Shown: one piece after another, positions 35,617 to 47,584 of the stretch
How positions within the stretch are numbered: position 1 is the first letter of the stretch
How the letters are laid out: every line of letters begins with the position of its first letter
Origin: Vicugna vicugna
Taxonomy: Eukaryota
DNA length: 64,000 nucleotides
Assembly (NCBI GenBank): GCA_013265495.1
Contig: MU058844.1
Location: 998,941-1,062,940, forward strand
Reading direction: 5' to 3'
The notes under the pieces: generated by a model
Told to the model about the DNA's origin: nothing
Databases searched by the model: none
What the model saw: only the letters and a program-made list of their open reading frames with translations
Position numbers and translations under genes: made by a program

Positions 35617-38168
35617 CAGTGTGGTGTCTTTTACCCTCTTGGGGCCCCAGTCACAACTTCTACCCCAGTCGATGGGTAGAAGACCACCATCGATGCCACG
35701 CCTGCCCCTCATCTTTATCCGTGTGGATTTTATTACTTCGGCAGCCAGTGAAGATGATCATGTCCCAGTAGTTAGGCTTGAAATTGGGCTGAACGTGAAT
35801 GTCTTTGTTATTCGCATTGACTTGCAACTTCCGATATTGATTTATTACAATTTCTGATCTTCAGCCCAGAAATCTAGCCTTGTGAGATGCTGGTTAGCTT
35901 ATTTCCATCCTGAAATCATCTAATTCCTTGATCATTGAGGAAAATATTGTAGAAAACTTTAATTGAATCTTTTTCTATGTTAAATTAGGGTGTCCCAGGA
36001 AAACAAATAAATAAAAATAAGATTTGGTAAAACAGTTTTTTTTCCAGAAATTTAAAGCCTGAAGCTTCCAGGTGACAATTGCCTGTACAGGACCTTTGTT
36101 TTGAAATAGCTCATTTAAAAAAATCATACCAACATGATAAATGTATGCTTGTCCATGACACATGGTGTCAGTATCAGAGGCTTGGCTGCAAACTGACCAG
36201 TGGGTAATGCTGTGACAGCCAAGGCAACTCAGTTAGACAAAGAAATGCAGATGAAGCAAACAAAACCCAGAACAGACTCTCTAAAGGAGCTGATGCAAAA
36301 AGCTCTTAATTTTCTTGGAAGACAGGACGTTTATTACTGAGTGAGAGATGTTTGAAAAGGAAGGAGAATTCTGGAAAAGTAAGGTAAAGCAAGAACAAGA
36401 CATTACACTGAGGGTCCCCTCGAGAACTGTCACATGCACTTGACCTTCAGTTCCGCAGGTGCTATTGCAGCAAAAGCTTGCAGGAGACTTTTGTCCCACC
36501 TGTGCCCGCAGCTTAAGAAGGATTCCCTGAAAATTAAAAATTTTATATATATATATATATATGTATATGTTAAAAAATAGGTCATCTTTGTAACATGGAG
36601 ATGATTTGGTGCTCTTTCTAAGGACCCGGCCATTGAGATCAGATGTATGATGTTGTTCTTGATGGTCTTGTCTTTATTTTGTCATATCATCTCTTATTTT
36701 TCCTGTAGAGAAGCCAACAGGGTTAAGAATCCTCCTTACAACCAAATCCAGCTGTCTTACTCTGCCTGCACATGCATAAATACATTTGACTTATTTCCCT
36801 CTGTTACTCATTATTACAAACTTACTGAATTTGCCCTTTTAAAAAATTAACAGTAACATGTGCCATTTTATTCCCTGATGGGGTTCTTTTCTTTTGTGTG
36901 TTTTTCTTTCCCTTCAGGAAACAAAGCAGTATATCTTCATCATCTTTGATCCTGAGGCTGAAAATTGAGAACTGGTTGTGGATTTTCCATGGGTATGTAA
37001 ATGACAGTAATTATGATTGCTTCAAGCATTACAATACTAGTAACATCAATGACAAATTTATTAATAATAAGGCTAATATAACCATATAATTTACACAGCA
37101 CTGTCACATGTATTTTCTTATTTAATTCTTGCTTTTACTAGGTACTATTTTTATTTAAAAAATGGGGAAATTGAGGATTAGAGGGGTTGCTCTTTTATCA
37201 TTGAGCACTGTATGATTTTAAACTGAACTTTCTCTTGGAATAACAATAGCAACTAAAGCATACTGGATGCTGTCTGTGTGCCAGATACCATGACAGGTAT
37301 GTTTGGTTTTACTTGACCCATGAAACAGCTCAGTGAGGTAGTTAATATTTCTATTCCTGTTGTGCAAATGGGAAGACAGTCTTATAAAAGGTTAAATAAC
37401 TTACCTACATAATATATAGTCTTAAGGAGCTAAAATTCTATCCAGGTTTGTGTTTATTTGAAAGCGCTCATTACTAGCCTGTTTACAAGATCTCTGGAGA
37501 TACTCATCTGAGTAGTATCTTAACCCTTCAGAGACGGTTAGTTCTATGAAGGAGATTTCCCCTTCCACTATTTTCTACACCCAGCAAGAAACACAGCAAG
37601 AACGAGTCAAAGGTACTCCACCAAATACTTGACTTCTCGAAGCCACGGGACTTTGCTATTGTAAGACAGAACAAGGAGTTTCTCACACCCTATTTATCAT
37701 CGATGTTTTATTTTGTCAGTGCTCGTCTCTGTCCAGAAAGGATTTTAGGAAGCTATGAGGGTCCATAAGAGAGCTCACATAATCCCGCAAATAGCTGTAT
37801 TTATAAGCAGGAAAGGCAGGCGTTTCTGAAGCTTGCCTCCAAGTGGGTTATTTTAGATTAACTGGGACATTCTGCTACTGTACAAAGGGTCCAGGTACAG
37901 CCTTGTCTTGAGATATCTACCTACCAGGCCAGCTCAAGAGCACTTTGAATAAGAAGTACAAAATGGTAATTTACAAATTGCTTTGCCCATATCCAGGTGG
38001 TACAGAAATACATAAAGCAAAAATGAAATCAAAGGTTTTCTGTAATCAGATTCTGGTCTGTGCTTCAGTAACCAATGTGCAGCAGTTTACTGTTTGTTTT
38101 CGTTTTTTTGGTACCAGCACGATTCGTCCTTGTTCCTTGGGAGTTGCATGTTAAGAACCTCAAAGTTC

Positions 38169-38174
38169 GTTCGT

Positions 38175-38224
<50 letters not shown>

Positions 38225-38264
38225 TTTATTTATTTTAAAAATCATTTTTATTGAGTTACGGTCA
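38169..38264 (-). mobile_element. Minimal L1-type 3' insertion whose tail is a (TTTC)n microsatellite
   Basis: 18-bp TSD TTAAGAACCTCAAAGTTC at 38151-68 and 38265-82. Insert is a (TTTC)n array plus TTTTTATTGAGTTACGGTCA (antisense AATAAA-containing L1 terminus). Confidence 0.8.
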
Positions 38265-38454
38265 TTAAGAACCTCAAAGTTCTGAGCTTAGATTTCATTA
38301 TAAGTTTTTGGGTTTGGGGGAACAATTTTTTTTTGAGATATAATTCACATAATGTATAATTTACTTACCATACAATTCACCCATTTGAGGAACAAGTCAC
38401 CTGTTTATTCCCCTGTAGCATGTACATTGCCTTTAGATTTCCCTCCTGTCCTTA

Positions 38455-38935
38455 ATGCATTCAGCAAATATTTATTGAGCAACTCTTGTGGGCCAGGCAT
38501 TGGGCTAAATTGGATGCCTAATAGTAAATAAAATAGAGATGGTTCCTGCTTTCATAAAGCCTTTAGTCTAGAGACAGAGATCTCAGAGTCCAGATTCTCC
38601 AAAGTCCAAAGATCTCAGGTAAAATTCTTATAAATCTTGATAAGTGCTATGTAGGAAACACATATGGTGCTAAGATAGGAAATAACAAGTTGGACATACA
38701 GGAGGAATCCCAGGTAGACAATGGGGGAGAGGTCTCACGTGGGACTGGGCCCCTGAGCTGGGAAAGACCTTGGCATGTGCTGGGCATAGAAGGGAGTCAG
38801 AGGGGCTGAAGTGTGTTGAACCAGGGCAGGGTGAGGGTGCTGACGTGAGATGAGACTGGGGAGGGAGGCAGGAGCCCTCACATGTGGTGAGGAGCTCATG
38901 TTCTGTGCTGTTGGAAGGATTGAAAATGGGAGTTA
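38455..38935 (-). mobile_element. L2 LINE 3' region
   Basis: CATTCAGCAAATATTTATTGAGC...GCCAGGCATTGGGCTA (antisense L2 terminus) followed by purine-rich L2 body. Confidence 0.78.
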
Positions 38936-39444
38936 TCATAATCCAATTTATGATTTTCAGGGTTTTAGGTTAATGTCAGAGTTCTGTGCTTCAGTCTCTG
39001 GACAAATGTCAGTCTGTAACTTTGGAAAACCCCCACCACTGTAAGTCCCAACCTTCTCCCTTCCCTAGTGAGATTTTCTGGAAGATCTAGACTTCAGAAG
39101 GGCTTTGTCATGGTGTTCTAAAACACAGTGTGAATGGTGTTCCTTGGAGCTGGACAGTGAGGATGTATTCACTTCATATGACCTCAAGATTAAGCTATTC
39201 TAACAGGTCATTTCATATCTAGCCCAGTTCAGATGGAATCAGAGATTACCCTGCCTTGGACTAAATCCATTTCTGTATTGTTATATAATAGTTACAATTG
39301 TTGATTCAAATGAAAATATTTAGTTAGTTCTTATGTGACTTAACTTGGTCTGATTGAGCTAGATTTAAATAAGCTAATTTCCCAGGCTCCCACATAATTC
39401 CTCTAGGTCTTAATGGATCACATGATGACGAAGAAGTTCTTATT

Positions 39445-39448
<4 letters not shown>

Positions 39449-39482
<34 letters not shown>
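39449..39482. repeat. (CA)17 microsatellite
   Basis: Uninterrupted CA run. Confidence 0.97.
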
Positions 39483-39485
<3 letters not shown>

Positions 39486-39856
39486 ACATGCCTAAACCAC
39501 CATAAAAACCTCCCTAAACTCAACCATTGATATTTTATAGAATGCTCAAATGAGGAAAGGCACTTTCGACAGCCTATTCCAGAAGGTACTCACATATGGG
39601 TGTATTAATTTTGCAAATTTAAACTCATTGTGTGAAAATAATTTAGACAGAAAAAAATCCAAAATCCTCTCAGCTTCTTTCCCATTTATAAAGACCTGTT
39701 AGTGAGCTTTGACAGGCATAGTTGAGGTTGAAGAAATTGCACACTTGTGATTGAGCAGGTCATCAATGAGTTCCTCTGGGCCTGCAATTTCCAGTCAAGG
39801 GCATTTGGCCTGCTCATGGCCACCTGCTGACGATCTGACATAGATACGCACAAGGA

Positions 39857-40090
39857 TAATAGCTGACATTTAGAGAGCCCTTCCTAAGCATGAGATACAG
39901 TGCTAAGTTTTTTTTTTCATGTGTTATTTCATTTAATCCTCACAGCAACCCAATGAGATAGATATTGTAGTCACCTTCCTTTTATAGAGGAGGCATTAAG
40001 GAATTTGCCCAAGTTCCACAGCTGGTCAATGGCATAGCTGGGATTCAAACCCAGATACCAGGATCAGAGCTTGCACTCACGTTCTGTGCC
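39857..40090 (-). mobile_element. MIR SINE
   Basis: TCATTTAATCCTCACAGCAACCC...TTTGCCCAAGTTCCACAGCTGG...GGGATTCAAACCCAG. Confidence 0.85.
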
Positions 40091-41035
40091 TTGTACTGCC
40101 TATGCTGCTCACCTTCCTCAGCTACAACTTGCTGGAAAAGCTGTATCCATAGCCTGGGAGCGAATCCATAGCCTGGCGAGCAGTCAGTGACGGGGCCTGG
40201 TAGAAACAGCTGTGTCAGAACTGGAGCAGGGGTTATTCACTAGGCTACCAGGTTTCGTCTGTGAATATGAACTGAGGAATATAGTAGAGGAATATAGAAG
40301 GAAGGGGCCGACACCAAAACCCCCTCGGAGAGAACTCAGGTAAACTGAGGCCATAAGGCCACAGAGGTCTAGAGAAGGTGTGAATGCACCAAAGCAATGA
40401 CCAGGCAAACGTATTAAGCAGAGGTGTGAGGCAGGAAAAAGATGCAGAGTAGAGGACAAAATGGATAGTCATGGAGGAGAGACATTATGATGTGACAGAG
40501 AGCTTCAATGAACCCTCATGGCCAGGAAGACAGAGACCACATCCAGGGTCCTGTCCATATTCCCTGATGCCCAGGAATGTGCAACAAATGCTGGCAGGAT
40601 GAGTAGGGAAGGAAGATGTCACAGGAGGATAGCTGGGTCCTGCTGATGGCAGTACACCTAAGGGCAGTGCAAGAACTCTTGCTGCTGAGAAACAGACCCT
40701 CAGCCTCTGGAGGTGAATGACACCTCTCTCTTTAGTGACTCCTTTTTTTCTCATGAGATTTCCTTCTCCTTTATTGTCAAGAGTACTGTTTTGATAAAAC
40801 CCCATTTCCATTTCTTAACATTTGCTTGAAGCTACTTTTTTTTTTTTGACAAAAACAACTCAACAGCAAAGAACACTGTTTATGTGAAAAGACGAAACTA
40901 TTTCTTTACACCTCCTTCAAATTTTCCTTTTCCTCTCATTAGGAATAGGAATAACATCCAATTCCACCCGAGACTGACAGCTTTTAAAAATCAAAGCATG
41001 TAAAGCTAAGGTTAGCCTAGATCTGTTAACATCTT

Positions 41036-41210
41036 TTTTTTTTAACATTTTTTATTGATTTATAATCATTTTACAATGTTGTGTCAAATTCCAGTGTTCA
41101 GCACAATTTTTCAGTCATACATGGACATATACATACTCATTGTCACATTTTTTTCTCTGTGAGCTACCATAAGATTTTGTGTATATTTCCCTGTGCTATA
41201 CAGTATGATC
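41036..41210 (-). mobile_element. Short, young-looking L1 3' end with TSD
   Basis: T-rich tail, then TTTATTGATTTATAATCATTTTACAATGTTGTGTC...TTTCCCTGTGCTATACAGTA. TSD TTAACATCTT at 41026-35 and 41211-20. Confidence 0.88.
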
Positions 41211-41889
41211 TTAACATCTTAAGTGTAGTAAATTTCAAATTACCTTTCAATGGTGAAAGATGTTTTTTCTTTCTTTTGTAAAAATTCAAGATTGATCATG
41301 CATTTTCATGAGTAATCTAGATAGTGACTTTCTATTTATTAGGATAATTTACAAAATCTACGTCACATATTCTCCTTCACTGTCATTTATGTGCCTCAAG
41401 AATAGAGCAGAAGGCCAGTTTTACAGAAAAATTTACATCCTCCAATTTGCTCCCTGGTACCCAGTCTTGTAGTTTGAGGGTCATCTAAGCACCACGGAGG
41501 GCATGCTTCCTGTAGAGAACACAAGATTTTGCATTTTCTTGTCCCAGTTTTGTCATTCTTCTGTAGTGATCTCAAGCAAATCACTTAATTCCTCTGAGCA
41601 TCAGTTTTCTCATATGTAAACTGGGGTACATAATAGTAAATTTAGTAATAACTATGTAAAATGATTTTTGTTAAACTTTGTTTTTGATTTAACACCAATT
41701 TTGGTAATGACCTATATGTGGAAACACTAGTGTAATGATTATAATGATTGTTTCAGATTTCCTCTTTATGCTGATTACTGGCTAAAGGCTGTTTCAATTT
41801 TACATTATTAATATTTGTTATGCCCATGTTTATTCACCAGCTGGGTGACTTTAAGCAAGTCATTTAATATCCTCATCATTGTTCTTGGG

Positions 41890-42358
41890 GCAAAGACCAA
41901 CATTTCTAGCATGGCTTGTCTCTACACCTCAAGACTACCTCCTTCCCTTGCTGTCAAAGCTCCAGTCACATAGTCCTCTTTCAGGTTGGAGGGAAGCCAC
42001 CTTCCTTTTTACCCAAGAGCCTTGCATGTGTTCTTATCTCTGCTTAAAGTGCTACCCAACTTCAGTCTTTCTCTACTCTCCTCTTCTCTAGGTTAATGCC
42101 TGTAAGTCTCTGTTCAAATGTCACATGCCTGGGGCAGTCCTGGTCACCCGTAGGATTAGCTCAAGTTCACCTATTATGGGTACCTTTACCAGCCCTATAC
42201 TTCTTTCTTGTACTCTTCACTGCATATTATTAGTGGGACAATTGCAGAGTCTTCCTGAAAGTAGAGACTATGTGTGTGTTGCTTCCGTTGGGGGCTTAAC
42301 ACAAAACTCAATGCCTGGCATATAGTAGACTCTTGATAAGTATTTGTTGGCTGAATAC
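41890..42358 (+). mobile_element. L2 LINE 3' region
   Basis: TCAAATGTCAC...CCTGAAAGTAGAGACTATGT...TGCCTGGCATATAGTAGACTCTTGATAAGTATTTGTTGGCTGAAT. Confidence 0.75.
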
Positions 42359-43519
42359 AGGGAATATAACTTGAATGTAATCAATAAAATCCATAATGCA
42401 AACTAAACACACTTACATAGTCAAAAAATTAATATACACTAACAATATTTCAGGTAAAGGGATCACCTAGATCACTAGATAGAGTGATCAAATGCATGAA
42501 ATAATTACTTTATCTACTGATTGCATAGGAATTGAGTTTGTCTACGAGTATATATAATTTACAAGCTAACATAAAATAGGTAAAAATTGGTACCTGAAAA
42601 TATATAGATATAAAAAAGCAAGGCCAGATAAAAGGATAGAATAAATATTAAGACTTGAGGTCCAACAGGGTTAATAATATTGAGCTGTAAACATGATTCT
42701 AAGCTTGCCAGGGGCCAAAACAAAAATGAAAATATCATCTGTTATGTGATGGTCATTGACCTGAGGGAAAAGCACTCTTGTCTTCTGGGAAAAAGAAAGC
42801 TGTTCAGGGCACTTTTTTTTTTTTTTCTGGAAGGCATTTCTTTGAAGGGATAGAACTTGTTTTCTCCATGGCTCCTTGAGCAGCTTGGCAGCCTTCTAGA
42901 ACCTGCAGCATTAGAAGGTCAGAGTTCTCTTCCCAGATCTCCTCTCTCCAACTCTCTCCTCCTCTTCTCTCCTCTCCTTCCCATGTTTCCTCCTTTTCTC
43001 TCCTGAAATTTTTATCTCATTGCAGTTAAAAGATGAGTTGAACTTAACATGTGGCCTTCCCAGAGCTGCACCGGTGCTGGGGTATAATGGCTAAATCTGG
43101 CAGGTCCTAATCCGGTGGTGTATGTAGTAAAAAGTCTGACAGCCCCAGCTCCAGTACTCAGTCCTCACTCTCCAGGACTAGGTCATTCATCTGGCTCAGT
43201 TTTTCCATCTAGAGAGGCTGTTGATGCCTCCTTTAGAGGGCAGCTGAGAAGCTGAATGAGAGAACACTTGGGGCTGAGTCTGGCCGAGCCCATGTTCCAT
43301 AAACGTTCTCTCTTACATGTTTCTTCCTCCCTCTCGGAACTGGCATAAGGATCAGTGGGGATGTTATGTGTATTTGAAAAACTCCAGTATATGTGTGAGT
43401 GTGTGTATACTCTAGAGGCCCAAGGAGAGGAGAGGGTATTCTTCTATCTTCACAAACATCAATGGAAAGAACAATTACATGTATTAGAAATAAAAACAAA
43501 TTAAATATAACTGCGCTTA

Positions 43520-43810
43520 GCAACAAGGATGAATCTCATAAATAATTGAGCAAAAGAAATCAGACATAAAATAATGTATGGTATATGACTCCAAAAACAG
43601 GCAAAACTAAACTAATCTTTTAGAAGTCAGGATGGTGGTTACCTTTGAAAAGAGGGGAAGGAGAGTCATGATCTGGAGACCCAAAGGAGTCTTCTGTGCC
43701 TCCTTCCTCAGTGGTGGTTATGCAAATCATTGTGTTAATTACTGAGCTATACAATTTGGTACAATTTTCTGTATTCATGATGACGTATAACACAGATAAT
43801 ATAAAATAAT
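43520..43810 (+). mobile_element. Old L1 (L1ME-like) 3' end
   Basis: GGATGAATCTCATAAAT...GAGCAAAAGAAATCAGACA...AACAGGCAAAACTAA...AGAAGTCAGGATGGTGGTTACC. Confidence 0.75.
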
Positions 43811-44259
43811 AATAGTGAAAGGAAACATATAACAAACAAAAATAGTAGGTATTTTGATAAAACTCAGAATTGCAGTGATTCCTTTTGGAAAACATTTTTG
43901 TCAAGAAATGTGTAACATCTTTGCTGGGAATATGCTAAAATTCCTTAGACACAGGCTGTAAGATGGCTTATTGAAGCTGTGTGGTTTTGACATTGATATA
44001 CATTGTAATGAAGTATTATGTGTCAAAAATATTTCTGCTAAAACAAGCCATATTTCACTGAATTGTTTCCTTGTTTATGGAGGTTACTATATTTATTGCT
44101 AATCATTTCCATTAAAATATTTAGTAAAAAAAAAGAACTACATATATTTCTCTTTACTAATGATCTACTCCAGTGAGCTTAATTTTTTATATATTTTAAT
44201 TAATTTTTTTACCTAAAGCAAGAAAACAAAAGGGATTCAGAGCCTCTAATCTTTTTTAT

Positions 44260-44291
<32 letters not shown>

Positions 44292-45454
44292 ATTTAAAAG
44301 TATATGTGTGCACATTTTTAAAACCCCTATTTCTGCAAAATAATAAGACACTGCATCAGTGATATAAGCAAGTCAAAACAAAACAGGAAGTTGTGGGACC
44401 AGCTGTATTCATGGCCATGGGTCAGGAATGGCTTAAAAATTGAGCTTGAATTGTGGTTCCCCACCTTTACCACGTTTTTATTGAAAAATCGGACTCTGGC
44501 TTAGTGGAACTGAATCACTGCTGGAGATTTTTCTTCCTATAAAATTCTCAGAATGTTTATTTGATCTCTTTTGCTGAATTTCTGTATGTAATAAAGAACT
44601 CAGTCTAGATTATGAAGTCTAAGATCCCTAAGCAAATTCTTCTTGCTTTTCTAACTTATTCAAACCAGATTTTCCCATTTGGTAAGGTCATGAGGAATGT
44701 GCAGTTTCTATAGAATCCACCTCAGTTATGGTGGTTTCTATGACAAAGTTTCAGGAGTGGCAAAGTATATTGCCTGCTGGTTACCAGCACAGTCCACAGA
44801 GAGACATGATTATTTGTACAGAGATTTCCTCTAATTTTTTTTTATCCTGAAAGAAAATATCCTGGTAGCCCACTGAATCTAAAATTGGATATTTTGTATG
44901 TGTCTCATTATGGTTTTGTGGACAAAGGAACTAAAAACAATGGTAGTTTAAAAATAAAATTGCTTTGTTTCCTCTAGTGGTGTCTGAAATGCAGACTCTT
45001 TTACCAGGAGAAAAGGGTACTAAATTGTTTGGTCATAACACACTAGCAAACGTATTTCTAGCACTGAGCATTATAATTGGTAAAGGCTGTGTGGAATTAT
45101 ACACAGAAATCCGGGATATTTTATTTCGGCTAAGAATATTTAGATTTTATATTGAGAAAGGTATTAATGATCAGTAGCCATCCAGAAGTGATACTGACTT
45201 GACTGGATGGCCACTTTGTTTTGTACATCTGGCATTTCACTGGGTTCAGCAATTTTCTATCTTTACATTTTCTAAACTTGGAGTAGTAACCCCAAAGGCA
45301 GCCACGGAAGGCAATCCTTTGTGGCCTGTGAAACTCTGTTGCACAGTTCCGCATTAAGACTGGCAAACAACATTTCCAGCACCATGAAACTAACACAATA
45401 TTTACTGTAGTATCTACACAGTATCTGTATAGCATGTAATAAAGGTGAACATAC

Positions 45455-45660
45455 CATTGAGTACTTACTATGTTTAGTACAGCTCAAAGTCCTTCACCTG
45501 CATTATCTCTTTTAACTCTGAATTAATATTATTATTCTCATTTTATAGAAGAGAAACTGAGGTTCTGAAAGTTTAAGGGACAGCTGATATGTATCCTGGA
45601 GCACAAATTCCAATCCAGGAGTCTCTGGCTGTGGACTTGTTCTTCTGAATTGCCACATGT
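45455..45660 (-). mobile_element. MIR SINE
   Basis: ATTGAGTACTTACTATGT...CTCATTTTATAGAAGAGAAACTGAGGTTCTG. Confidence 0.8.
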
Positions 45661-46069
45661 ATTGCTCCTCAAATGTCTAGTTAATAGTTACTGAATTATC
45701 AGTAGGACGGACGAATGCAGACTGCTTTGTAGTCCCAACTCTCCAGCTTATTTCCTACGTGACCTTGGGCATGTTATTTATCCTTTGGCCTTGGTTTACT
45801 TAGCAGTCAGATGTGGAGAGTTGAACTGGATGGTTTTTAGGATTCCCTTTATTATCCTATTGTATGCGTATATGAGTAATGCGAGTTGTTTGGGCAGTCT
45901 GTATAATTTGAGTAATATAATAGTGTTGTGCTCTGTATCACAGCCCTCCATTTTATAAAGGAGAGTTGCTTCACCATAATACAGGGCATGGTGGTATAGT
46001 AGAAGGTACCCATGTCTAGACATCTGATCAACTTATGGAAGGAAGTCAGAAGATCTGGGTTGTAACCTG

Positions 46070-46434
46070 TGCTATAGCCTGAATGTTTGTGACCTCCAAA
46101 ATTCATGCATTGAAACTTAACTCCAAAAGTGGTGGTATTAGGAAGTGGGGCCTTTTTGAGATTATTAGGTCTGAGGGTAGTACCCTCATAAATGGGATGA
46201 GTGCCTTATAAAAGAGGTCCCAGAGAACTCCCTCATCCCTTCTGCTGTGTGAGGTTTTTGCAGAAAGACAACTATCTATGAATCAGGTTGTGAACTCTCA
46301 CCAGAAGCGAAGGAGAATGTTGCCTCCTTCATCTTGGACTTCCAGCCTCTAGAACTGTAAGAAATAAAATTCTGTTATTTGTAAACTGCCTGGTCTGTGG
46401 TGTTCTGTTACAGCAGCATGCACTGACTGAGACA
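46070..46434 (+). mobile_element. MaLR solo LTR (MLT1A-like)
   Basis: Begins TGCTATAGCCTGAATGTTTGTG, contains GGACTTCCAGCCTCTAGAACTGTAAGAAATAAA, ends GACTGAGACA. 5-bp TSD (A/G)CCTG. Confidence 0.9.
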
Positions 46435-46445
46435 GCCTGTTTTAT

Positions 46446-46657
46446 TCCAGTTACAAAATAAATTAGTTATGGGGCTGTAATGTACAGCTCAGGGAATATA
46501 GTCAATATTTTAATAACTTTATATGGTGACAGATGGTAACCGGACTTGTAGTGGTAATCATTTCGTAATGTATAAAAATGTTGAATCACTATGTTGTACA
46601 CCTGAAACTAATATAATAGTGTTAAGTCAACTGTACTTCAGTAAAATGTTTTTTAAA
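46446..46657 (+). mobile_element. L1 (L1MA-like) 3' end inserted at the MLT1 terminus
   Basis: GTAATGTACAGCTCAGGGAATATAGTCAATA...TGTTGTACACCTGAAACTAATATAAT. Flanks AGACA(G/A)CCTGTT at 46430-41 and 46658-69. Confidence 0.85.
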
Positions 46658-46908
46658 AGACAACCTGTTATACCACTTACTAGCTACATAAGCTCCCAGA
46701 CAGTGTAGCAATTCTGAGTTTAGGTTTTCTTACCTGAAACCTAACAGTGTCTATCTCATACTTAATGTTTTGCGATCAAAAAATGTATGTTAAAACCTTT
46801 GTACATGTAAGGGTATGATTATTAGTAGAATTACTGAAAGAATATTGATAAATAGTGACCAGGAATAAAACATGAATTTAGACTCACTAACTTTTGATCA
46901 TGTCATAG

Positions 46909-47194
46909 TGTTATGGGCTGAATTATGTCCTCCCAAAATTCATATGGTGAAGTCTTAACTCCCAGTACCTCAGAAGAATGGGATTCCATTTGGAGACAAG
47001 GCCATTAAAAAGGTAATTAAGGTAAAATAGGTGATATGGATGGCCCCTAATATAGCATGACTGGTGTCCCTGTAAGAAGGGGAAAATATGACACAGACAT
47101 ATGAGCACACACTGAGGAAAGACCATGTGAGGACATGGCCAGAGGCCATCTGTAAGCCGAGGAAAGATGGCTCAGAATGAGAAATCACTGAGAC
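46909..47194 (+). mobile_element. MaLR solo LTR (MLT1B/C-like), internally deleted
   Basis: TGTTATGGGCTGAATTATGTCCTCCCAAAATTCATATG...GACTGGTGTCCCTGTAAGAAGGGGAAA...ACTGAGACA. Confidence 0.85.
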
Positions 47195-47584
47195 ATCTAT
47201 TGTTTGCCCAGCACTGTGAAGGAAGAGGAGTATTCAATAATTTCTGTTCCCCTGTTCAGCTTTTAGGATTCTTCTCCATGCCTCCCCTCAGCCTACTCTT
47301 ATGACACTTCTCCACAAGCGAGAGCTGGCTGGGTAATGGTTGAGCATTCCAGACACACCTGGGTGGTCTCATTCACCTCGCTGCACTGCAGCTGATCCAC
47401 TCAGTTATGTACTTGTCCTAATGGATTGTGAGCAACTGAAGGAACTCAGTTCTGCTCATCTTCACATCATCAGCACCACACCACCACTTAGCACAGTCAG
47501 TGCTCAGTGAAGGTTTGTTGGAAGACTGTGGGCTCTTGCAATCTATTTTGCAACCAAAAATTATAATAAAAATGATAACAACAA

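Noticed and set aside
37570..37770. Open frame containing ILDFSK, like the CR1 motif LDFSKAFD
   Set aside because: The match is only five or six residues and the surrounding translation does not follow CR1 reverse transcriptase.
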